DNA of 31,877 nucleotides from Armatimonadota bacterium (GTDB lineage: Bacteria; Sysuimicrobiota; Sysuimicrobiia; Sysuimicrobiales; Kaftiobacteriaceae), in contig JBBIUY010000035.1 of assembly GCA_037440005.1 (NCBI GenBank), positions 1-31,877 of the forward strand, in the 5' to 3' direction. The notes below the pieces were generated by a model, which worked only from the letters and a program-made list of their open reading frames with translations, did not search any database and was not told the DNA's origin. A program made the translations under genes and the position numbers. Shown here piece by piece: positions 24,062-31,877 of this stretch (its first letter is position 1; every line of letters starts with the position of its first letter).

Positions 24062-26803
24062 TCAACGCGGCGGGGATTTCCCCTCGCCACTGTCCTTCTC
24101 CCGCTCAGGGTCGTGTTGCGCCGCTTTGAGCTTGGCGATGTACAGTCGGGCTGCCTGCTGCATGGACGCGGACGCCTCTCCCGGCGGCTGCAGGAGGGCC
24201 CATCGATCGGCCTGGTCGTAGTGGCGATCCTCCTCCGCCTCCCCCGCCGCCATCCCCCGGCCCAGGCGCGCCCGCACCGACGCCGTCACGGCTCCCAGGT
24301 GGTGGCCCAGCACCGGCAGGCGCCGCAGGGCGATCTCCGCCGCGAACAAACCCACGGCTCCGGCGGCCAGGGCGGGCCAGACCGGCGATGCCGCGGGGGC
24401 TGCGCGGCCGGGCGCGACGGCCTCGCGGGGGGAGGTCACCACGCGCCCGCCGGTGGCCTCCACCACCCGGGCGAGCACCGGCGGGCGCTCGTCGGCGGCG
24501 CGCAGTTCCGGGGAGAAGGGAACCACCACGCCGGTGGTGCGCACCCGCACGGACCCCCTCCCATCGCGGGCCGACACGGTCAGCACATACGCCCCCGGCG
24601 CCGCCAGGTCCACGGTCCCCTCGTAACGGCCGGGGCCCGTCTGGGTCAGGTCCGCCTCCGCCGGCGCCGGCCCGCCGAGCACGGCCCGGACCTGCAGGCC
24701 GTCCAGGGGTTCTCCGGCGGCGTCCACGGCGTCCACCACGATCCGCGCCGGGCCGACATCCGTATCCACTGTCGCCGACAGGTCGGCGTCCTCGTCCCGC
24801 AGCGCCCAGCGCACCACCCGCGACCACAGGCGCGCGGCGTCCGGCCAGGTCATCCACGCCGCCGCCCACCGGTCGGTGGCGTCGGAGGTGAAGGCCGCGG
24901 CCCGGCCCAGGCCGCGCTGCCAGGTGGCCAGCACGGGGTCGTCCTGGGCGGACACCAGGTGAACGGTGGCCGCCGGCTTGGGGGCGGTGGCCACGTAGCC
25001 CCGCAAAGGGGGCAGGGCGAAGTCGTCCACCAAGCCCCGGTGCGCCAGGCGGGGTGTAAACGGCTCTTCCACCAGGTACGCCCGGGTGGCGATCAGAGCC
25101 TCGGCGGTGAGGATCTGGGGGATGGTGTACACGTCTGTGGCGGCGTAGTAGCGGCCCGCTCCCCAGCGGGCGATGTTGCGCATGAGGGCCTCGTCGGCGT
25201 CGGTCCCGATGGCCACGGCGGTCACGGTGATCCGGTCCCGGGCCATGCGGGTCACCAGCCCCTGGAAGTCGCCTGGGTCGGTCTGGCCGTCGGACAGCAC
25301 GATCACGTGGCGCACGCGGGCCGACGCCGTCCGCAGGTAGTCGTAGGCCAGCCGCAGGGCGGGGTACATGTTGGTGCCGCCCCCGGCCACCAGGCGCGAC
25401 ACCTGGTCCATCACCTGCTCCCGGTACCTGGCCTCGGTGGGCGCGGCCAGCCACCGGGCGTCCTGGTCGAAGGCCACGACGCCGATCACGTCCCGCTCGC
25501 CCAGCAGGTCGATGACCGACTGGGCCGTCTCCTTGGCCAGCTCCACCTTGGCGACCTGCTGGCCGAAGGCGCCCATGCTTCCGGAGGTGTCGATGACCAG
25601 CACGATGGCCATGGACGGGATCGCCAGGCGGTGGCGGACGTCCATGGCCACCGGCAGGGCGTCCTCCAGCGGGGTGCCGGCGTAGCCGCCGACTCCGTAG
25701 CTGTGGGGTCCTCCGACCACCACCAGCCCCCCGCCCGCCCGCTCCACGTAGTCCCGCAGGGCGCCCATCTGGGCGGGAGACAGGTCCGTCGCCGGGACGT
25801 CGTCCAGCACCACCGCCGCCGGCTCCCGGAAGCCCGAGACGTCCGCCGGCAGCGCCTGCGGGGACAGGACCCGCACCCGGGCGCCCGCGGCCTGCAGCCA
25901 CCGTCCCAGCGGCCCCGGCGCCGCCGCCACGTACCACACCAGGGGCCGGCCGCGCACCAGCACCACCGCCTCCCCGCGGTTGTTGGCGGCGGCGGTGTCG
26001 GGGGTGGCGGCGACGGTGGCGGCGTAGGTCAGCGTCCCCTCCTCCCGGGCCTGCTGGGGGATGCGGACCACCGTCCTTCCGGCGGGAACGGTCAGGGATC
26101 GCCGGGCGATGACGCCGGCCGAGCCGCTGACCACCAGGTCCGCCTGCGCCGGGACGGTGGCGTGCAGGACCACCGCCACGTCGAACCTCTCGCCCACGCG
26201 CACCTCCGCCGGCGCGGTCACCGCCTCGACCTGGACCTCGGCCGCCGCCGGGGCGTCCAGGGGGACGGCCCAGACCTCCACCCCGCTGGCCCGCGCCAGC
26301 GCCAGGGCGCCGTCCAGGTCGCCGCGGGTGGGGCGGTCGTCGGAGAGCACGACGATCCGGCGCCCGCCGTCCGGTGGCAGGGCCGCCAGGGCCGCCCGGA
26401 TCGCGTCGCCCAGGTCGGTGGCGTGCCCGGGCGGCCGGCTCGCAAAGGCCAGCAGCGGGTCCTGCGAGGGCGCCTCCTCGACCACCGCGTGGGCGCCGAA
26501 CAGCACCAGTCCCACCCGGTCGCCCGGCTGTCGGGACGCGGCCGCCTCCCGCACGAACCGCTCGGCCGCCTGCCGCTGGCCGGAGGAGATACTGTCCGAG
26601 ACGTCCACGGCGAAGACCACGGTCAGACCGCCCCCCGGCCGGACCACCGCGGGGTGGGCCGCCGCCAGGACCAGCATCGCCAGGACCGCCAGCCGCAGGG
26701 CGAGCACTCCCCGGGGCAGCGCGTGCCGCGCGGCCAGGGCCGCCGCCACGGGCAGGACGACCAGCAGCAGCGCCAGGGCGGGGTGGTCCACGCGCACGGG
26801 CAT
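24062..26803 (-). CDS. Membrane-anchored double-VWA / GATase-like domain protein, 913 aa
   Basis: N-terminal hydrophobic helices, MIDAS-like DVSDS and DTSGS, GGGLVVVGGPHSYGVGGY (GATase1-like) and a C-terminal hydrophobic helix. ATG overlaps the upstream stop (TGATG). Confidence 0.85.
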   Translation of the reverse strand: MPVRVDHPALALLLVVLPVAAALAARHALPRGVLALRLAVLAMLVLAAAHPAVVRPGGGLTVVFAVDVSDSISSGQRQAAERFVREAAASRQPGDRVGLVLFGAHAVVEEAPSQDPLLAFASRPPGHATDLGDAIRAALAALPPDGGRRIVVLSDDRPTRGDLDGALALARASGVEVWAVPLDAPAAAEVQVEAVTAPAEVRVGERFDVAVVLHATVPAQADLVVSGSAGVIARRSLTVPAGRTVVRIPQQAREEGTLTYAATVAATPDTAAANNRGEAVVLVRGRPLVWYVAAAPGPLGRWLQAAGARVRVLSPQALPADVSGFREPAAVVLDDVPATDLSPAQMGALRDYVERAGGGLVVVGGPHSYGVGGYAGTPLEDALPVAMDVRHRLAIPSMAIVLVIDTSGSMGAFGQQVAKVELAKETAQSVIDLLGERDVIGVVAFDQDARWLAAPTEARYREQVMDQVSRLVAGGGTNMYPALRLAYDYLRTASARVRHVIVLSDGQTDPGDFQGLVTRMARDRITVTAVAIGTDADEALMRNIARWGAGRYYAATDVYTIPQILTAEALIATRAYLVEEPFTPRLAHRGLVDDFALPPLRGYVATAPKPAATVHLVSAQDDPVLATWQRGLGRAAAFTSDATDRWAAAWMTWPDAARLWSRVVRWALRDEDADLSATVDTDVGPARIVVDAVDAAGEPLDGLQVRAVLGGPAPAEADLTQTGPGRYEGTVDLAAPGAYVLTVSARDGRGSVRVRTTGVVVPFSPELRAADERPPVLARVVEATGGRVVTSPREAVAPGRAAPAASPVWPALAAGAVGLFAAEIALRRLPVLGHHLGAVTASVRARLGRGMAAGEAEEDRHYDQADRWALLQPPGEASASMQQAARLYIAKLKAAQHDPEREKDSGEGKSPPR

Positions 26804-28596
26804 CAGCGGCGCACCCCCGCCTGCCGCAGCCGCATCGCCGGGCCGGAGGCCGCCCGGCGGGGCAGCGTCCGCAGGTACACCGCCCACTCGACCACAGCCA
26901 GAAGTACCGCCGCCGCCAGCGCCACCGGAGAGAGGTCCACAGCCCGGGAGGCCGCCGGGCTGGCGGACCGACCCGCCTCCGCCGCCACCGGCGCCGGGAA
27001 CACCGGGGCGATGGCCGACTCCTCGGGCGGGGCAGAGGCGGCGACCCACCGCATCCTGTCCCCGTCCTGCAGGAGGTACAGGCCCGCGCGCTCGAATACC
27101 AGGCTGACCATCCCCCCGCGGGCGCGGACGGTCCGCGCTGCCCCGTCCGGCCCCACCACCGTCACGGCGTCGGAGGCCACCGGGACCGTCAGGGGATCGC
27201 CCGCGCGCACGGCGGAGGGTCCGGCCAGCCAGGCCAGGGCGTTGCGCACGAAGATGGGAAACGCCGGGTGCAGGGGCAGATCGGTCTGGTCCAGCGCCGC
27301 GGCCACCACCACGGCGCGGATCCCCCCTCCCTCATAGGCCCAGATCAGCGGCCACTCTCCCCAGGCCAGGACCTCGCCGCCTGCGGGGCGCAGCGCCAGG
27401 GCGCGGGAGACGGAGACGCCGCGGAGGTCCACGTAGCGCATCAGGGGGTGACTGCGCGACCAGCGGGCGACCTGCAGCCCCACGGCCTCGCCGTCCACGG
27501 ACACCGGCAGGGGCGGAGCGACCGTGCCCACCAGCAGATACCGGCCGGCAGGCAGATCCGCCCCGGGCGGGCGGGTGAGGACCACCACGTCGGCGCGGGC
27601 CAGCGCCTGCGCCGTGACCTCGGACCCTGTCACCACGTCGGCGCCGGAGGCGGCCAGAGCCTGGACCAGAGTCGGATCGTCCTCGCCCGCCACCACCACC
27701 TGCGGGGGCGGGGGCAGCACGGCGGCGGCGGCATCGTCCACCGCCAGGGCGTCCCGTGCCGCCAGGCGTGCGGTGAGCACCCCGGAGCCGGTCACCCGCA
27801 GGGGCACCACCGTCGTCCCGCCGGGAGGCACGGACACCTGGCGGCGCAGGAGTGTCCGGCCCTGGAGCGCCACCTCCACCGGCACCTGCACGGCCTCCCG
27901 GCCGGCGTTGGCCACCCGGACCAGCACGGCCGTCCCGTCGGGCAGCCGGTCGGCAAAGATGCCGGCGATGCCCACGTTGCGGTCGGAGGAGCCGACGATC
28001 CGGTAGCTGACCCCCGGCAGGGCCGGTCCGGCGCGGTCGGTGATCACCACCACCCGGCCGGACCCCCCTCCCGGCAGCCGGGCCAGCGCCAGGGCCACCG
28101 CCTGGTCCATGGCGGAGCCGCCGTCGGTCGCCCGCAGGCGGTCCACAGCCCGCAGGGCGTCGGCGGCCGGACCGGGGCCCTGGACGAGCAGGGCCTGCGG
28201 CCCGGCGGCCACCACCGCCACCGGCCCCCGGCTGCCGGCGACCTCGCGGCGGGCCATCTGGCGCGCGACCTCAAAGCGCGACGGCGCCACGTCGGTGGCC
28301 TGCATGCTCGCGGAGGTGTCCACGACCACCACCAGCGCCTCCGCCCCCGGCAGCAGCCGCTGGGGACGGGCCAGGGCCAGCACGCCCAGGGCCAGGATGA
28401 GCAGTTGCAGCGCCAGCAGGAGGCTGCGTTCCAGCCGGCGCAGGGGCCGGTGGGCGCGCAGGTCCCGCGCGGCCCGCTCCCACAGCAGGACGGAGCTGAC
28501 CACCACCTCCTGGCGGCGGGCCCGCAGCAGGTACAGCAGCAGGACGGCCGGCAGGATCAGCAGCCCCCACAGCGCGGCGGGCGCGCCCAGGCTCAC
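26803..28596 (-). CDS. BatA-like N-terminus plus VWA domain protein
   Basis: P.ALWGLLILPAVLLLYLLR...VSSVLLW BatA motif, DTSASM MIDAS and C-terminal LLAVVEW helix; GTGA overlap with the DUF58 gene. Confidence 0.88.
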   Translation of the reverse strand: MSLGAPAALWGLLILPAVLLLYLLRARRQEVVVSSVLLWERAARDLRAHRPLRRLERSLLLALQLLILALGVLALARPQRLLPGAEALVVVVDTSASMQATDVAPSRFEVARQMARREVAGSRGPVAVVAAGPQALLVQGPGPAADALRAVDRLRATDGGSAMDQAVALALARLPGGGSGRVVVITDRAGPALPGVSYRIVGSSDRNVGIAGIFADRLPDGTAVLVRVANAGREAVQVPVEVALQGRTLLRRQVSVPPGGTTVVPLRVTGSGVLTARLAARDALAVDDAAAAVLPPPPQVVVAGEDDPTLVQALAASGADVVTGSEVTAQALARADVVVLTRPPGADLPAGRYLLVGTVAPPLPVSVDGEAVGLQVARWSRSHPLMRYVDLRGVSVSRALALRPAGGEVLAWGEWPLIWAYEGGGIRAVVVAAALDQTDLPLHPAFPIFVRNALAWLAGPSAVRAGDPLTVPVASDAVTVVGPDGAARTVRARGGMVSLVFERAGLYLLQDGDRMRWVAASAPPEESAIAPVFPAPVAAEAGRSASPAASRAVDLSPVALAAAVLLAVVEWAVYLRTLPRRAASGPAMRLRQAGVRR

Positions 28597-29483
28597 CGGA
28601 ACAGACCTCCCAGGCGGAGGTAGCGCAGCACCAGGTCTTCGGCGGGAAGCGAGGTGCTGACGCGGACGTAGTCGATCTGGTGGCGCAGGCAGAACTCCTC
28701 CACGCCGCGCAGGTAGCGGTCCCGCGCCCGGGCGTAGGCGTCCAGGGCCGGACCGTCCACGGTCACCTCCACCCCTACGCGGGTCTCCCGGTCCACCAGC
28801 CGCAGGTCCCCGCGCACCGCCGGCGCCAGCTCGTCGTCGGACAGGACGTGGATGACGAACGGCTCAAAGCGGTGGGCGCGGGCGAGGACGAGTCCGTCCT
28901 CGTAGCCGGCGGGGAACAGCAGGTCGCTGAGCAGGACCAGCAGCCCGCGCCGGCGCGTGCGGTGGACGTACTCGTGCAGGGTCTGCCGCAGGTCGCTGGT
29001 GGCGGAGGGGGGCGGGGCGGCGGCGTCGGCGAGGAACTCCATCAGCCGCACGCTCTGCCCCCTCCCGCGCACCGGAGGCAGCGTCCGGCGCAGCCGGTCG
29101 GCGAAGAACGCCACCCCGACCCGGTCCAGACCGACCAGACCCACGTAACCGATGGCGGCGGCGACCCGGGCGGCGTACAGGGCCTTGGAGGGCTGACCCC
29201 ACGCCATGGAGGCGCTGGTGTCCACCAGGAGGTGGACGGTGGTGTCTTCCTCCTCACTGAACAGCTTGACGAACAGCCGGTCCAGCCGCGAGTAGATGTT
29301 CCAGTCGATGTGGCGGTAGTCGTCCCCCACCTGGTAGGAGCGGTAGTCGGCGAACTCCACCCCCCGCCCCCGCGTGCGGCTGCGCCGCTCGCCGCGCAGG
29401 ACGCCCCGCACCGGCCGGCGCGCCCGCAGGGTCAGCATCTCCAGCCGGCGCAGGAACTCCGGGTCAAGCAAGGTGACCGCCAT
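28593..29483 (-). CDS. DUF58 family protein
   Basis: GVEFADYRSYQVGDDYRHIDWN, DTSASM and LLSD. Confidence 0.92.
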   Translation of the reverse strand: MAVTLLDPEFLRRLEMLTLRARRPVRGVLRGERRSRTRGRGVEFADYRSYQVGDDYRHIDWNIYSRLDRLFVKLFSEEEDTTVHLLVDTSASMAWGQPSKALYAARVAAAIGYVGLVGLDRVGVAFFADRLRRTLPPVRGRGQSVRLMEFLADAAAPPPSATSDLRQTLHEYVHRTRRRGLLVLLSDLLFPAGYEDGLVLARAHRFEPFVIHVLSDDELAPAVRGDLRLVDRETRVGVEVTVDGPALDAYARARDRYLRGVEEFCLRHQIDYVRVSTSLPAEDLVLRYLRLGGLFR

Positions 29484-29536
29484 GGCCGCGCCCGGCTCCC
29501 CCGGCGACCGCCCCCGGCCGGCGGGATCCCGGAGGG

Positions 29537-30541
29537 TCAGGCCCGGGCTCCCTCCCGGGTGGGCGTCTCGTCCAGGACGTTGCGGATGACGGCATCGGGG
29601 TCGATGCCTTCGGCCTCCCCCTCGAAGTTGAGGATGATCCGGTGCCGCAGGGCGGGCAGCGCCAGGGCCTGGATGTCGGCGAAGGCCACGTTCGCCCGCC
29701 CCGCCATCAGCGCGCGCACCTTCCCGGCCAGGATCAGGGCCTGGGCCCCGCGGGGGCTGCTGCCGTAGCGGACGTACCGGCGGGCCAGGGACGCTCCGCC
29801 CTGGGGGTGGGTGGCCTGGACCAGCCGCGCCGCGTACGCCTTCACGTGGCTCGCCACCTCCACCTGGCGGACCAGGCGCATCATGGCCAGGATGCGGGGC
29901 GCCGAGGCGACCACCTCCGCCGCCGGCAGGGACGCGGCGGTGGTGCGGTCGATGATCTCCACCAGGTCGCCCATGCCGGGAAACTCCGCCCGGAGTTTGA
30001 ACAGGAACCGGTCCAGCTGGGCTTCCGGCAGGGGGTAGGTTCCCTCCATCTCGATGGGGTTCTGGGTGGCCAAAACGAAGAAGGGTTCCTCCAGGGCGTA
30101 GGAGGTGCCTCCGACGGTGACGGCGTGCTCCTGCATCGCCTCCAGCAGGGCCGACTGGGTCTTGGGGGTGGCACGGTTGATCTCGTCGGCGAGCAGCACC
30201 TGGGTGAACACCGGCCCCCGCTGGAACTCGAAGTAGCGCCTCCCCTCGGCGTCCTGCATGACCACCGTGGTGCCCACGATGTCGGCCGGCATCAGGTCCG
30301 GGGTGAACTGGATGCGGGCGAAGCGCAGGGCCAGGGTCTGGGCGACGGTCTTGACCAGCAGCGTCTTGCCCAGCCCGGGCACGCCTTCCAGCAAGACGTG
30401 CCCGCCCGCCAGCAGCGCCACCAGCACCTGGTCGATCAGCTCCTGGTGGCCGACGATCACCCGCCGCACCTCCCGGCGGATGCGGTCCACCGTGGCGGCG
30501 AACTGCTCGGGGGTCACCTCAGGCGTCCCGTCCCCTGCCAC
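29537..30541 (-). CDS. moxR: MoxR family AAA+ ATPase
   Basis: LLEGVPGLGKT, RIQFTPDLMPAD, DEINRATPKTQSALLE and EGTYPLPEAQLDRF. GGAGG upstream of the GTG at 30541. Confidence 0.95.
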   Translation of the reverse strand: MAGDGTPEVTPEQFAATVDRIRREVRRVIVGHQELIDQVLVALLAGGHVLLEGVPGLGKTLLVKTVAQTLALRFARIQFTPDLMPADIVGTTVVMQDAEGRRYFEFQRGPVFTQVLLADEINRATPKTQSALLEAMQEHAVTVGGTSYALEEPFFVLATQNPIEMEGTYPLPEAQLDRFLFKLRAEFPGMGDLVEIIDRTTAASLPAAEVVASAPRILAMMRLVRQVEVASHVKAYAARLVQATHPQGGASLARRYVRYGSSPRGAQALILAGKVRALMAGRANVAFADIQALALPALRHRIILNFEGEAEGIDPDAVIRNVLDETPTREGARA

Positions 30542-30563
30542 CGCGCCACATCCTCCGGGCTCC

Positions 30564-31877
30564 TCAGCGCAGCTCGGCCAGGCGCCGGAAGTAGTCCAGC
30601 ACGATGCGGCGGTACGCCGCCGGCACCCGCGCGCGCTGCAGGGCCCTGTCGGCCCGGACGACCACCGCGGCCGGGATCCGCGCCGGCTGGACCCGGGCGG
30701 CCGCCGGGCGGCCGGGGCCGACCACCTCCGAGGTGGTCGCCTCGCCCTGCCCGGGGGTTCCCCGCACCCGCTGGGGGACCTTCTCCACCTCCAGGCGCGG
30801 GCTGGGCGGGCCCGCCTCATCCCCGGCGCGGCCCTCGCCCGGCAGCGACCCTTCGCGGGGTCCGGACGGGGGCGGCTCGCCGGCGTCCGCGTCGTAACCC
30901 GGCGACCGGTCGCCGGGAGCCACCTCGGATGAGGGCTCGCCGTCCTGGGCGTCGGCCGTGGCCGGGGACGATCCCGCCGCGATCCGGGTCATCGAGCGGT
31001 CCAGCTCCTGCTGGGCCCTGTCCAGCGCCTCCCTGTCGGCGGCCAGCCCCTCCAGGCCCGCCAGCCACCGCAGGGCCTGGGTCAGTGACTCGCCCGCTCC
31101 GCCGGAGTCGCCCGCATCCAGCTGCCGACGCGCGCGCTCGACCTGCTGGCGGACCTCGGCGGGCGAGGCGCCCTCCCCCTCGCGCAGGATCTCCCCCAGC
31201 CGGTCCAGGCTCTCGCGGGCCGCGTCCGGGTCGGCCGACCGCAGCCGGGACAGCGCCTCCTGCAGCTGGCGGATCTGCCGCTGCAGGGCCGTGCGGCGCA
31301 GCAGTCCGGGGGGAACGTCTGTGGGTCCTGCCGCCAGCGACTCCTGCAGGCGGCGGTCCGCCTGCTGGCGCAGCGCCCGGACGTCCCGGGACAGGTCGGC
31401 GATGCGCGCCAGGGCCGCGGCCCGGTCGACCCGCTCCTGGCGCAGCCTCTCCCCCAGCGCCCGCATCTGGCGGGCCACCTGGCGGGTCAGGGGCAGGCGC
31501 TCGGCGCGGGCCTGGCGCTCCAGCGCCCGGGCGACCCGCTCCAGCCGCGCGGCCTCCTGGCGGATGACCAGCTGGCTGCGGTGGGCCGGAGTGCCGGGGA
31601 TCGCCAGACCGCGCAGGGGCCAGGCGGCCAGCACCGCCACCAGCAGCGGCACCCACACCAGGGTCCGGGGAGGGCGCAGCGGCAGGGCGGCGCGCAGGTC
31701 AGCGCCCTGCAGGTGGGCCACCGCGTCGGCGACGACCCGCGGGGCCAGAGGTCCCGCCGGACGGCGGGTGACCTCCACGGCGGTGCTGGCGCGCTCGTCC
31801 AGGGACAGTACCCAGTCCAGCACGCGCGCCGCCTCGCCGGAGTCGGCGCGGCGCAGCACCGCCGCGGCCAGGGCGGC
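30564..31877 (-). CDS. Membrane-anchored coiled-coil protein of the MoxR-VWA operon (5' end outside window)
   Basis: Open frame reaching the window edge with a hydrophobic helix, long helical region, acidic/Gly-Pro linker and the terminal VPAAYRRIVLDYF motif typical of genes upstream of moxR. Confidence 0.8.
   Translation of the reverse strand, partial: AALAAAVLRRADSGEAARVLDWVLSLDERASTAVEVTRRPAGPLAPRVVADAVAHLQGADLRAALPLRPPRTLVWVPLLVAVLAAWPLRGLAIPGTPAHRSQLVIRQEAARLERVARALERQARAERLPLTRQVARQMRALGERLRQERVDRAAALARIADLSRDVRALRQQADRRLQESLAAGPTDVPPGLLRRTALQRQIRQLQEALSRLRSADPDAARESLDRLGEILREGEGASPAEVRQQVERARRQLDAGDSGGAGESLTQALRWLAGLEGLAADREALDRAQQELDRSMTRIAAGSSPATADAQDGEPSSEVAPGDRSPGYDADAGEPPPSGPREGSLPGEGRAGDEAGPPSPRLEVEKVPQRVRGTPGQGEATTSEVVGPGRPAAARVQPARIPAAVVVRADRALQRARVPAAYRRIVLDYFRRLAELR

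Noticed and set aside
23165..27337. 1390-aa plus-strand ORF and similar long Arg/Pro/Gly-rich ORFs (for example 3816..6443, 29642..31567)
   Set aside because: Shadow or off-frame ORFs overlapping clearly identified minus-strand genes.

Overview
This is a very GC-rich bacterial chromosomal window in which almost all real genes lie on the minus strand. It is mostly core genome with Bacillota-like synteny and regulation. Reading in the direction of transcription (right to left), it holds a MoxR/DUF58/VWA operon, Fe-ADH, a LarA-like protein, a sirtuin, MTAP, a small membrane protein and ltaE. Next come an L20 leader, infC (ATC start), rpmI, rplT, ktrB, ktrA, a TrmH methylase, a YqzL-like gene and a Phe T-box. 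These are followed by pheS, a short pheT, cvpA, polX, mpg, an AlkP-superfamily metalloenzyme, mutS2, tyrS and a lone tRNA-Ile(GAT). The first ~2.4 kb is accessory-looking. It holds the right end of an IS481-family element, a CynX-like MFS transporter, a stand-alone InsA-like zinc-ribbon microprotein on a divergent promoter, and a frameshifted SnoaL-like gene bracketed by two near-identical 44-bp palindromic (REP-like) direct repeats. The most interesting candidates are the repeat-bracketed single-gene cassette, the zinc-ribbon microprotein, the translationally coupled polX-mpg-metalloenzyme-mutS2 repair cluster, leaderless promoters and a heptamer-repeat hairpin. No CRISPR array, prophage or defence system is visible. 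All family calls come from motif recognition by eye, not database searches, and the taxon cannot be fixed from this window.
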